Assembly: GCA_934101625.1 (NCBI GenBank)
Contig: CAKORV010000001.1
Coordinates: 66,121 to 130,120, forward strand
DNA: 64,000 nt
Reading direction: 5' to 3'
DNA from: an uncultured Bacilli bacterium
GTDB lineage: Bacteria > Bacillota_I > Bacilli_A > RF39 > UBA660
Positions 20,549 to 28,734 of this stretch are shown here, piece by piece (position 1 is the stretch's first letter; every line of letters starts with the position of its first letter). The notes beneath the pieces are model-generated. The model saw nothing but the letters and a program-made list of their open reading frames with translations, ran no database searches and was not told the DNA's origin. A program made the position numbers and the translations under genes.

Positions 20549-23500
20549 ATGAAAATAACAAGTGTAATGGATGGAAATGAAGCGTGTTTAACTGCAGCTT
20601 ATAATTTTACTGAAGTAAGTGGGATTTATCCAATAACTCCTTCTAGCGCTATGGCAACTATGTGTGATAAATGGGCAAGTATGGGGAGAAAAAATATATT
20701 TAATGAAAAAGTAAGTGTTATTGAAATGCAAAGTGAAGCAGGTGCTAGTGCAATGATGCATGGAGCTCTACAAAGCGGTAGACTTGCAACTACATTTACT
20801 GCTAGTCAAGGATTATTATTAATGATACCTAGTATGTATAAGATGGCTGGAGAACTTTTACCTGGTGTTATTCATGTGGCAGCTAGAAGTTTATCTACAC
20901 ATGCATTATCTATATTTGGAGATCATCAAGATATATATAGTACTAGAAGTACAGGTTTCGCTATTTTAAGTAGTGCTTCTGTTCAAGACGCATATAATTT
21001 AGCATTAGTTAGTCATTTATCTAGTATTAAGGGAAGAGTACCTTTTTTACACTTTTTTGATGGATTTAGAACAAGTCATGAATTAAATAAAATATATACT
21101 TTAGAAAGTGATGATATAAAACCATTAATAGATATGGAAAGTGTATATAGATTTAGAAATAATAGTTTAAATATAGGTAAAAGTATTACAAGAGGATGTA
21201 GTGAAACTGAAGATGTTTATTTTCAAAATACAGAAGTTAGAAATAAATATTATGAAGAGTTACCTGATATAGTAAATAAATATATGGAAGATATAAATGA
21301 AATTAGTGGTGAAAACTATAAACCATTTAATTATTATGGAGATAGGAATGCTAAACATGTTATTGTAGCTATGGGAAGTGTTACAGATACTATTAGAAGT
21401 GTTGTGGATGATTTAAATAATAATGGTTATAGTACAGGGGTTATTGTTGTTAGACTTTATAGGCCTTGGAGTTCTAAATATTTCTTAAGTGTTTTACCTA
21501 AAAGTGTTGAAAAAATTACAGTACTTGATAGAACTAAAGAAGCAGGTAGTTTAGCTGAACCACTTTATTTAGATGTTGTTATGTCTTTAAAAGGAGAAAA
21601 CATTGATATAGTAGGTGGAAGATATGGTTTATCTAGTAAAAATGTGGGACCAGAGGATATTAAAGCAGTATTTGATAATATGGAAAAAATGAAAATGAAA
21701 GATCATTTTACATTAGGTATTATAGATGATGTTACTAATACTAGTTTAACTGTTAAAGAATATAATCTCAAAACTGATTATAAAGAAATTAAAGTGTTTG
21801 GTTTTGGTTCAGATGGAATGGTAAGTGCTAGTAAGAATATAATTAAAGTAATTGGAAGTAAACCTGAAAATTATGTACAGGGGTATTTTGAATATGATTC
21901 TAAAAAAAGTGGTGGTGTTACAATTAGTCATTTAAGAATTAGTAAAAATAAAATAAATGCTCCTTATTATTTGACAAGTCCTAATTTAGTTGTAGTTTCT
22001 AAAGATTCTTATTTGAGTAAATATGATTTATTAGAAGGTATTAAAAATAATGGTATTCTCCTTATTAATAGTAGTATGAATGATATTGATCTTAATAAGT
22101 GTATGACATTAAAGATGAAAGAAACTATTAAAAATAATAATATTAAAGTTTTTATAAGTGATGCTGATAGTTTATCTAAGAAATATAATTTAAATGGTAA
22201 AATTAATAATGTTATCTCTTTCTATATATTAAAAATGCTTGGACTTAGTGGAGAAGATTTAGTTAAGTTTAAAGAAATGGTAAGAAAGACTTATAGTGAT
22301 AAGGGTAATGATGTTGTTTTAAATAATATAAATGCTATAGATGAGAGTATTGATTATTTAAGAGAATTTGATAAGAAAGTGTTAACTTTTGAAAGTGAAG
22401 AAGATAAAGATTACACTATGATTGACAAGATGATTATTAGAAGAGGTAATATGCTTAAAGTTAGTGATTTTATTAATCATGAAGATGGTACTTTTGAAGG
22501 TGGAAGTAGTGCTTCTGATAAGAGAAAGATATCTAATTTAGTACCTAATTGGTGTAAAGAAAATTGTATTCAATGTAATAAGTGTGCATTCATTTGTCCA
22601 CATTCAGTTATTAAACCAGTTTCTTTGACAGAAGAGGATGTAAATAGAAGTCCTATTAAGAAGGAAGAAACCATTAAAAGTATGGGAGAAGAGAATAAAG
22701 GATTTTACATAAGCATTAATAGTGATAATTGTACTGGATGTACATTGTGTTCTAAAGTTTGCCCTGGAAAGAATGGAGAGAAAGCTTTAGTAATGGGTAG
22801 TCCTATTAAAGATGAAGATATGATTTGTGACTATTTTAAAGATAATGTTTGTAATGATGAACATTTTTCTAAGTTTAGTGTTAAAGGACTTGGATTTATT
22901 AAGCCTGATTTAGAGTTTCCTGGTGCTTGTGCTGGTTGTGGTGAGACTGTTTATTTAAAGACTTTAACAAGTTTATTTAAGGGAGAAATAGTTATTAGTA
23001 ACGCTACTGGATGTAGTTCTATTTATGGAGCAAGTTTACCTTGTACACCTTATAAAACACCATGGATAAGTTCTCTTTTTGAAGATAATGCTGAGTTTGG
23101 ATATGGAATTTATACTGGGTATAAGAATGCTAGAAATAGAATAAAAGAGATTATGATAGAAACTAAGGATGAGGTTAGTAAAGAGGTAAAAGATACTTAT
23201 AAGTTATGGATAGATAATAGTGAAGATGTAAATATTACTAATGAGGTAAAGGAAAAATTAAGTAAATCTAGTATACCAAGTGAGCTTAGAAGTTTGTTAG
23301 ATTATATACCTTCTAGAAAAGTTTGGATAGTAGGTGGAGATGGATGGGCTTATGATATTGGTTATGGTGGACTTGATCATGTTCTTAGAAGTGGTGATAA
23401 TGTTAAAGTTTTGGTTTTAGATACTGAGGTTTATTCTAATACTGGTGGTCAGACATCTAAATCAACTAGAATTGGGGCAATAGCTGAGTTTTCTAGTTAT

Positions 23501-23950
23501 GGTAAATTGAAACCTAAGAAAGATTTATTTAAGGTAGCTATGGATATACCTAATTGTTATGTGGCAAGTATTAGTGCTGGGGCTAATGATATGCAAACTA
23601 TTAAAGCATTTAAAGAAGCAAATGAACATAATGGGCCTAGTGTTATTATAGCTTATAGTCCTTGTATTGCACATGGTATAAGAGGTGGATTAAAAAATAG
23701 TATTGATGAACAAAAATTGTTAGTGGAAAGTGGATATAATATTTTAATGAGATATAATCCTGATGATGATAAGTTAACAATTGATTCTAAGGAACCTAAT
23801 TTTAGTTTATATGAAACTGTTTTTGAAAAAGAAATGAGATATAAGAATTTACAAGAGATTAATAAAGAAGATTATAATAAGTTATATGAAGAACATATGA
23901 GAAATGCAAAAAAAAGATATGAATACTATGTAAACATATCTAAAAAATAA
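20549..23950 (+). CDS. nifJ: pyruvate:ferredoxin (flavodoxin) oxidoreductase
   Basis: 1133 aa. Two 4Fe-4S motifs (CIQCNKCAFICP, CTGCTLCSKVCP) and a TPP-binding GGDGWAYDIGYGGLDH motif. AGGTGAT RBS at 20539-20545. Confidence 0.95.
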   Translation: MKITSVMDGNEACLTAAYNFTEVSGIYPITPSSAMATMCDKWASMGRKNIFNEKVSVIEMQSEAGASAMMHGALQSGRLATTFTASQGLLLMIPSMYKMAGELLPGVIHVAARSLSTHALSIFGDHQDIYSTRSTGFAILSSASVQDAYNLALVSHLSSIKGRVPFLHFFDGFRTSHELNKIYTLESDDIKPLIDMESVYRFRNNSLNIGKSITRGCSETEDVYFQNTEVRNKYYEELPDIVNKYMEDINEISGENYKPFNYYGDRNAKHVIVAMGSVTDTIRSVVDDLNNNGYSTGVIVVRLYRPWSSKYFLSVLPKSVEKITVLDRTKEAGSLAEPLYLDVVMSLKGENIDIVGGRYGLSSKNVGPEDIKAVFDNMEKMKMKDHFTLGIIDDVTNTSLTVKEYNLKTDYKEIKVFGFGSDGMVSASKNIIKVIGSKPENYVQGYFEYDSKKSGGVTISHLRISKNKINAPYYLTSPNLVVVSKDSYLSKYDLLEGIKNNGILLINSSMNDIDLNKCMTLKMKETIKNNNIKVFISDADSLSKKYNLNGKINNVISFYILKMLGLSGEDLVKFKEMVRKTYSDKGNDVVLNNINAIDESIDYLREFDKKVLTFESEEDKDYTMIDKMIIRRGNMLKVSDFINHEDGTFEGGSSASDKRKISNLVPNWCKENCIQCNKCAFICPHSVIKPVSLTEEDVNRSPIKKEETIKSMGEENKGFYISINSDNCTGCTLCSKVCPGKNGEKALVMGSPIKDEDMICDYFKDNVCNDEHFSKFSVKGLGFIKPDLEFPGACAGCGETVYLKTLTSLFKGEIVISNATGCSSIYGASLPCTPYKTPWISSLFEDNAEFGYGIYTGYKNARNRIKEIMIETKDEVSKEVKDTYKLWIDNSEDVNITNEVKEKLSKSSIPSELRSLLDYIPSRKVWIVGGDGWAYDIGYGGLDHVLRSGDNVKVLVLDTEVYSNTGGQTSKSTRIGAIAEFSSYGKLKPKKDLFKVAMDIPNCYVASISAGANDMQTIKAFKEANEHNGPSVIIAYSPCIAHGIRGGLKNSIDEQKLLVESGYNILMRYNPDDDKLTIDSKEPNFSLYETVFEKEMRYKNLQEINKEDYNKLYEEHMRNAKKRYEYYVNISKK

Positions 23951-24071
23951 CATAATAAAAGGATTGCCCCCCTGAGAGCAATCCGGAAAAAAGAATAAAA
24001 AGGGGTTGGCTAGTGTGATACTAGCACCAATTCGCCTATAAGTGAATTGGTAAGTCTATATACTAAACTAA

Positions 24072-24097
24072 AAGGGTTGTTTTGTCAACCTTTTTTT
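24072..24097. terminator. bidirectional rho-independent terminator
   Basis: AAGGGTTG / CAACC(TT) stem flanked by an A-run upstream and T7 downstream. Lies between nifJ and the convergent peptide gene. Confidence 0.65.
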
Positions 24098-24190
24098 GAT
24101 TAAATGTTAAATTCGTTGTGAAACCTTTGATATAATAACTATGAAAATAGGTGATATGATGTTAGGTGAAGTTATAAATAATTCTTCTGC

Positions 24191-24313
24191 TTAGAATCTA
24201 GAACTTATGAATTTAGTGATCCATCCTATGATTTTCATTAATCCATGGTATGTACAGATTATATATGAACCGCCATTGATATTAAGTAATTCTGTTTTAC
24301 TTAATTCTTGCAT
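24191..24313 (-). CDS. double-glycine-leader peptide (class II bacteriocin or signalling-peptide precursor), 40 aa
   Basis: Not in the ORF track. My translation is MQELSKTELLNINGG/SYIICTYHGLMKIIGWITKFISSRF. GGAGGTG RBS (reverse complement of 24320-24326) lies 6 nt before the ATG at 24311-24313. TGTTATAAT extended -10 on the minus strand at 24336-24344. Confidence 0.65.
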   Translation of the reverse strand: MQELSKTELLNINGGSYIICTYHGLMKIIGWITKFISSRF

Positions 24314-24512
24314 ATACATCACCTCCTGTCTCAATATTATAACAATGATTATTCAGATTTTAATGAAATAAATTATGTTTCAATAAAAAAGTAGTGTTTA
24401 ATAATTGATTTATTAAAGTTAAGTGATAGAATGTTAGGATAGTTGTTTTTTTGTAAATTATTTATAAAAAGTAGTTGTAATAAATTAAAATATATAATAA
24501 TTAGTTAAATTT

Positions 24513-24542
24513 AAAAACAAGTTATAAACTAATATAACTTGT
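24513..24542 (-). terminator. rho-independent terminator of the amidase gene
   Basis: 10-bp stem ACAAGTTATA / TATAACTTGT with 6-nt loop, followed on the minus strand by TTTT. Confidence 0.65.
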
Positions 24543-24549
24543 TATATGC

Positions 24550-25953
24550 CTATTTAGTAGGTATTAATATTTCTTGTCCAATTGATAATGTTGAACCAGA
24601 TAGATTATTAATATTTTTTAATTCATTAACTGTAACTCCATATGTATTTGCAATCTTCCAAAGTGAATCACCTTTTTTAACTTTATATGTGGTATAAGAT
24701 TCAGTACCAGGTATTTTCAATATTTGTCCTATTTGTAGTGTATTTGAAGATAGGTTATTTAAACTTTTTATATCATTTACACTAACACCATATTTATTAG
24801 CAATTGTATATAAATTATCGCCTTTTACCACTACATAATTAATTCCAGCTGAAGTTGTTGGTTCTTTTTCTTCAACTTTTGTATCAGATACAGGGATTAA
24901 TAATTTTTGTCCTACATATATAGTGTTACCTGTAAGTTTATTTGCGCTTTTTATTCTATCAACTGTGATTCCATAACTACTTGCTATTTTAGAAAGAGAA
25001 TCTCCTGCCTTTACAGTGTATTCTATTCCTTTTGGTTCTTCTTTTACATCTATTTCTATGTTTTCTGTTTTAGGTATTAGTAATTGCTGATTAATAGTTA
25101 ATGTTGTTCCTTTTAAGTTGTTAATACTCATTAGTGTATCTACAGTAGTATTGTATTTATTAGCAATTTTCCAAAGTGAATCACCAGATTTAACTGTATA
25201 AATTAAATAGTCTTCTACTGGTTTTTCTTCATCAAGTTTAACTTTTAAATTTTGTCCTACTGTAATTGTATTTGATTTTAAGTTATTTAGATTTTTTAAT
25301 TCTTCAACTGTTATACCAAATTTGTTAGCAATTTTCCATAATGAATCACCTTTTTGTACTGTATAATATGAGCCTTCAACAGGCGCAGTATATGGAAGAT
25401 TTTTATATTTAGTTATTGCTCTTACAACTGCTTCAGCATAATCTTTATAATTATTTTTTAATTGATTAACATCATCACCTTTTGAATCTAAAAAACCATA
25501 TTCAACAATTACTGCTTCTGTATCTGGTGTGTTTCTGTGTATAAAATAATAATCTTTTACTGGATTACTTGGAAGTCTTTGTTGATAATTTTTTCTTATG
25601 TTTTGACCTTCACTTTCTAATTCTTCTAATATTGTATTAGAAAACTTTGAATTATTCCTAAGAGCATAAATTACTTCAGCACCATCGCCACCTCCTGCAT
25701 TTATGTGATTACTAATAACGATTACATCTTTGCCTGTACCATATGCTTTCTTAATTCTATTTGTTCTATCAGTACTATCTATTGTTTCATCTGTAATTCT
25801 TGTCATTGTAACAGGAATACCTAATTCTCTTAATCTATCATACATGTATTTACTTATCAAAAGAGTAAGATCTTTCTCAATTATACCATTTCCACTAGCG
25901 CCTGGATCTGAACCTCCATGTCCAGCATCAATAACAATACCTTTTAATGACAT
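24550..25953 (-). CDS. N-acetylmuramoyl-L-alanine amidase (Amidase_3) with five C-terminal LysM repeats
   Basis: VIDAGHGGSDPGA amidase motif. Five repeats of the type Y-V-KGDSLWKIANKYG-TV-L---NNL. Confidence 0.9.
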   Translation of the reverse strand: MSLKGIVIDAGHGGSDPGASGNGIIEKDLTLLISKYMYDRLRELGIPVTMTRITDETIDSTDRTNRIKKAYGTGKDVIVISNHINAGGGDGAEVIYALRNNSKFSNTILEELESEGQNIRKNYQQRLPSNPVKDYYFIHRNTPDTEAVIVEYGFLDSKGDDVNQLKNNYKDYAEAVVRAITKYKNLPYTAPVEGSYYTVQKGDSLWKIANKFGITVEELKNLNNLKSNTITVGQNLKVKLDEEKPVEDYLIYTVKSGDSLWKIANKYNTTVDTLMSINNLKGTTLTINQQLLIPKTENIEIDVKEEPKGIEYTVKAGDSLSKIASSYGITVDRIKSANKLTGNTIYVGQKLLIPVSDTKVEEKEPTTSAGINYVVVKGDNLYTIANKYGVSVNDIKSLNNLSSNTLQIGQILKIPGTESYTTYKVKKGDSLWKIANTYGVTVNELKNINNLSGSTLSIGQEILIPTK

Positions 25954-26256
25954 TTAAATCACCTAGTTTATTGTATGATTTAGTAGAAAAAAAGTTAATT
26001 GTTTTGAATAAAATGAATGTCTTTTTATTTCACTAGGTTAAAAACATGAAAGGATTAAATAACACATCACATTTACTAATCATTTTAATAATGGAAATCT
26101 TGAAGCCAGGAAAAAATATAACTGAAGGATATTATTCTCATGGAGATTCATCTGAAATTTTAATGTATTTTAATGAATACACATTTTTATTAGTAAGTAT
26201 GCCGTTATTAGAATCTTATGTAAAAATAAATACAAAAAAGAAAAAAACAAACTAAA

Positions 26257-26284
26257 AGAACCTACAACACAAATTGTAGATTCT
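26257..26284 (-). terminator. terminator downstream of glmS (hairpin usable on both strands)
   Basis: AGAACCTACAA / TTGTAGATTCT stem (one mismatch) next to the glmS stop codon, flanked by an A-run and a T-run. Confidence 0.6.
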
Positions 26285-26290
26285 TTTTTA

Positions 26291-28036
26291 TTATTCAACT
26301 GTAACACTTTTAGCTAAATTTTTTGGTTTATCAATATCATTACCTCTCAACTTTGCAATCTCATATGCAAGCATTTGTAATGGTACTATAGTTAGAATAG
26401 GTTCAAGTATAGGATTAACTTTTGGAATAAGAATAAGTTCACTATAAACCCCGTCATTTTCTACTTCTTTATTTGTTACAAGAATAGTATAAGCTCCTCT
26501 TGCATTAACTTCTTTAGCATTACTAATTGTCTTTAAATATAAATCTTTATCAGTCGCAATTGCTACAACTGGAGTACCATCATTAATTAATGAAATTGTA
26601 CCATGCTTTAACTCTCCAGCTGGATATGCTTCACTATGTATATAACTAATTTCTTTTAATTTAAGACTTCCTTCCATCGCAATAGCATAGTCAACACCTC
26701 TACCAATAAAGTAAATATCTTCCTTTCTATAAAGTTTAACTGCTAAATCTTCATAATTCTTATTAACCAAATTTTCAATATAATAAGGCAACATATTTAT
26801 CTCTTCTTTACTAACAATAGTATTACTATTCTTAATTGCAAGTAATATTAATGTAGTAACCTGTGATAAATATGCTTTAGTAGTTGCAACTGCAATCTCA
26901 GGACCTGCTAAAGTATAAATAACATTCTTGCAAATTCTAGCAATACTACTACCTTTAACATTAACAATACCTAAAGTATCTATTCCACTTTCATTAGCCA
27001 AATTGACGCATTTCTTAGTATCAGCAGTTTCACCACTTTGACTGATGGCTATAACTAATGTTTTTTTATTATAAAAATGTTTTTTATATTGGTATTCACT
27101 AGCGATCTCAACATTAACTTTAATATTAACGAGTTCTTCAATAGCTCTCGCACCAACTAATCCTGCATGATATGCACTTCCACAAGCAACAATATCAATA
27201 AAATCATATTTACTTAAATCAAAATTTATTTCATTTTTACAAGTTCTCTTAATAACATCAGCTTCTTCATGCATTTCTTTAAGCATATAAGTTTCATAGC
27301 CATTTTTCTCAACTAAATTACTTTCACCATCAAAAGTTAAAATATTTTTATTAACTTTCTTACATTTATTATTATAAACTACAACCTCACTATTACTTAA
27401 GCAAATAATCTCATCATTATCTAAATCTATATATTTATTAGTATACTTTAATATTGAAGGCACATCACTAGCAATAAAATTTTCACCACTACCTATACCC
27501 ACAATTAAAGGACTATCTTTTCTAATTGCATAAATCTTATCAGGTTCATTTGAATTTATAATTCCAAAAGAATAACTACCCAAAAATTTTTTACTTGCTT
27601 CACTCAAAGTCCTAATCATATTTTTATTTTGACTATATAAATAATTAATATATGCTCCAGCAACCTCAGTGTCTGTATCACTAACAAAGCTACATCCATT
27701 ATTTAATAATTCATTCTTAATCTCCATAAAGTTCTCAATAATACCATTATGTACTAAAGTAATATTTCCTTGAGAATGTGGATGAGCATTAATTTTAGTT
27801 GGTTTACCATGAGTAGCCCATCTAGTATGTCCAATTGAAACATAAGATTTTTCATCATTAATTAGTTTTTCTAAATTACTAATTCTTCCAACTTCTTTCT
27901 TTATAATAATTTCATTATTTTCTAAAAATGCTATACCAGCACTATCATAACCCCTGTATTCTAGATGTTTTAAGCCATCAATAACTTTTTCTATCGCGTC
28001 TTCTTTATGGCTTACACATCCAATAATTCCACACAT
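26291..28036 (-). CDS. glmS: glutamine--fructose-6-phosphate aminotransferase
   Basis: N-terminal MCGIIG nucleophile, two SIS domains (SQSGETADT), C-terminal KPKNLAKSVTVE. Confidence 0.95.
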   Translation of the reverse strand: MCGIIGCVSHKEDAIEKVIDGLKHLEYRGYDSAGIAFLENNEIIIKKEVGRISNLEKLINDEKSYVSIGHTRWATHGKPTKINAHPHSQGNITLVHNGIIENFMEIKNELLNNGCSFVSDTDTEVAGAYINYLYSQNKNMIRTLSEASKKFLGSYSFGIINSNEPDKIYAIRKDSPLIVGIGSGENFIASDVPSILKYTNKYIDLDNDEIICLSNSEVVVYNNKCKKVNKNILTFDGESNLVEKNGYETYMLKEMHEEADVIKRTCKNEINFDLSKYDFIDIVACGSAYHAGLVGARAIEELVNIKVNVEIASEYQYKKHFYNKKTLVIAISQSGETADTKKCVNLANESGIDTLGIVNVKGSSIARICKNVIYTLAGPEIAVATTKAYLSQVTTLILLAIKNSNTIVSKEEINMLPYYIENLVNKNYEDLAVKLYRKEDIYFIGRGVDYAIAMEGSLKLKEISYIHSEAYPAGELKHGTISLINDGTPVVAIATDKDLYLKTISNAKEVNARGAYTILVTNKEVENDGVYSELILIPKVNPILEPILTIVPLQMLAYEIAKLRGNDIDKPKNLAKSVTVE

Positions 28037-28057
28037 AATTTAAATTCCTCCATACAA

Positions 28058-28198
28058 AAAAATCTATGAAGTACCCTTTGTTATAATATTAATTTTATTT
28101 TTTAAAATACTTCTAACGATCATTTAACCGTAACAGCATCCGCCGAAATTTCGATAACTGTTATCCTCGTCAACCATTTAAGGATCTGGCGCTAAATA
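28058..28198 (-). ncRNA. glmS ribozyme: glmS ribozyme (GlcN6P-dependent self-cleaving leader)
   Basis: Minus-strand RNA reads A/GCGCCAGAUCC...GACGAGGAUAACAGUUAUCGAAAUUUCGGCGGAUGCUGUUACGG, matching the conserved glmS core. It sits directly upstream of glmS. Predicted cleavage is between 28194 and 28193. Confidence 0.9.
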
Positions 28199-28237
28199 TG
28201 AATAAAACTCCTTTCAAACTCATACCTTTCACATCAA

Positions 28238-28266
28238 TTATAATATGAAACAAATAAAAAAATCAA
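28238..28266 (-). promoter_or_regulatory. sigma-70-type promoter for the glmS leader
   Basis: On the minus strand: TTGATT (28261-28266), about 17 nt spacer, TATAAT (28238-28243). Confidence 0.5.
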
Positions 28267-28282
28267 CTTATTTAAATTTATC

Positions 28283-28338
28283 TTGACAATTGAATAACTA
28301 TTCAACTATAATTATATTAGTTGAATAAATACTCAACT
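28283..28338 (+). promoter_or_regulatory. promoter with two ArsR/SmtB-type 9-2-9 inverted-repeat operators
   Basis: TTGACA 28283-28288 and TATAAT 28307-28312. Operator 1 is AATTGAATAACTATTCAACT (28288-28307), between the -35 and -10. Operator 2 is AGTTGAATAAATACTCAACT (28319-28338). Confidence 0.7.
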
Positions 28339-28350
28339 AAAGGAGGCAAT

Positions 28351-28734
28351 ATGAGTAATAATGAATATAATTGTGATTGTAATATAATACATAAAGATAC
28401 AGTTAATCAAACCAAAGAAAGAATGTTAGATGACATCACTTTAACTAAAGTAGCTGATTTCTTTAAAATATTAGGGGATCCTACAAGAACCAAAATCTTA
28501 TGTGCTTTAGATAACAACGAAATGTGTGTATGCGATATAGCGAATGTTTTAAACATGACTAAATCAAGCATTTCTCATCAACTTAACACATTAAGGCAAA
28601 ACAATATAGTTAAATCCAAAAAGATAGGTAAAGAAGTTTTTTATACTTTAGATGATGAACATGTAACTGAAGTATTTGAAGTAGCATTAAGTCATATTGG
28701 ACATAAGAAAGGTATTAACAATGAAGAAATATAA
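28351..28734 (+). CDS. ArsR/SmtB-family metal-responsive repressor (CadC/CzrA-like)
   Basis: LGDPTRTKILCAL...MCVCDIA...SHQLNTLR winged-helix motif. AGGAGG RBS before the ATG at 28351. Confidence 0.85.
   Translation: MSNNEYNCDCNIIHKDTVNQTKERMLDDITLTKVADFFKILGDPTRTKILCALDNNEMCVCDIANVLNMTKSSISHQLNTLRQNNIVKSKKIGKEVFYTLDDEHVTEVFEVALSHIGHKKGINNEEI

Noticed and set aside
24158-24196. 12-codon plus-strand stub (MMLGEVINNSSA) behind a TGATATAAT promoter and AGGTGAT RBS
   Set aside because: Too short to call as a gene. It is probably the remnant 5-prime end of a lost gene, or just an antisense promoter facing the GG-leader peptide gene. Mentioned under that finding instead.
24600-25400. Repetitive nucleotide structure in the amidase gene
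   Set aside because: Explained by the five LysM domain repeats at protein level. It is not a mobile element, CRISPR array or satellite.
26046-26255. 69-aa plus-strand ORF between the amidase gene and glmS
   Set aside because: No convincing RBS, odd composition and no motif. The region more likely holds the amidase promoter and the glmS terminator. Left unannotated; a small gene cannot be excluded.
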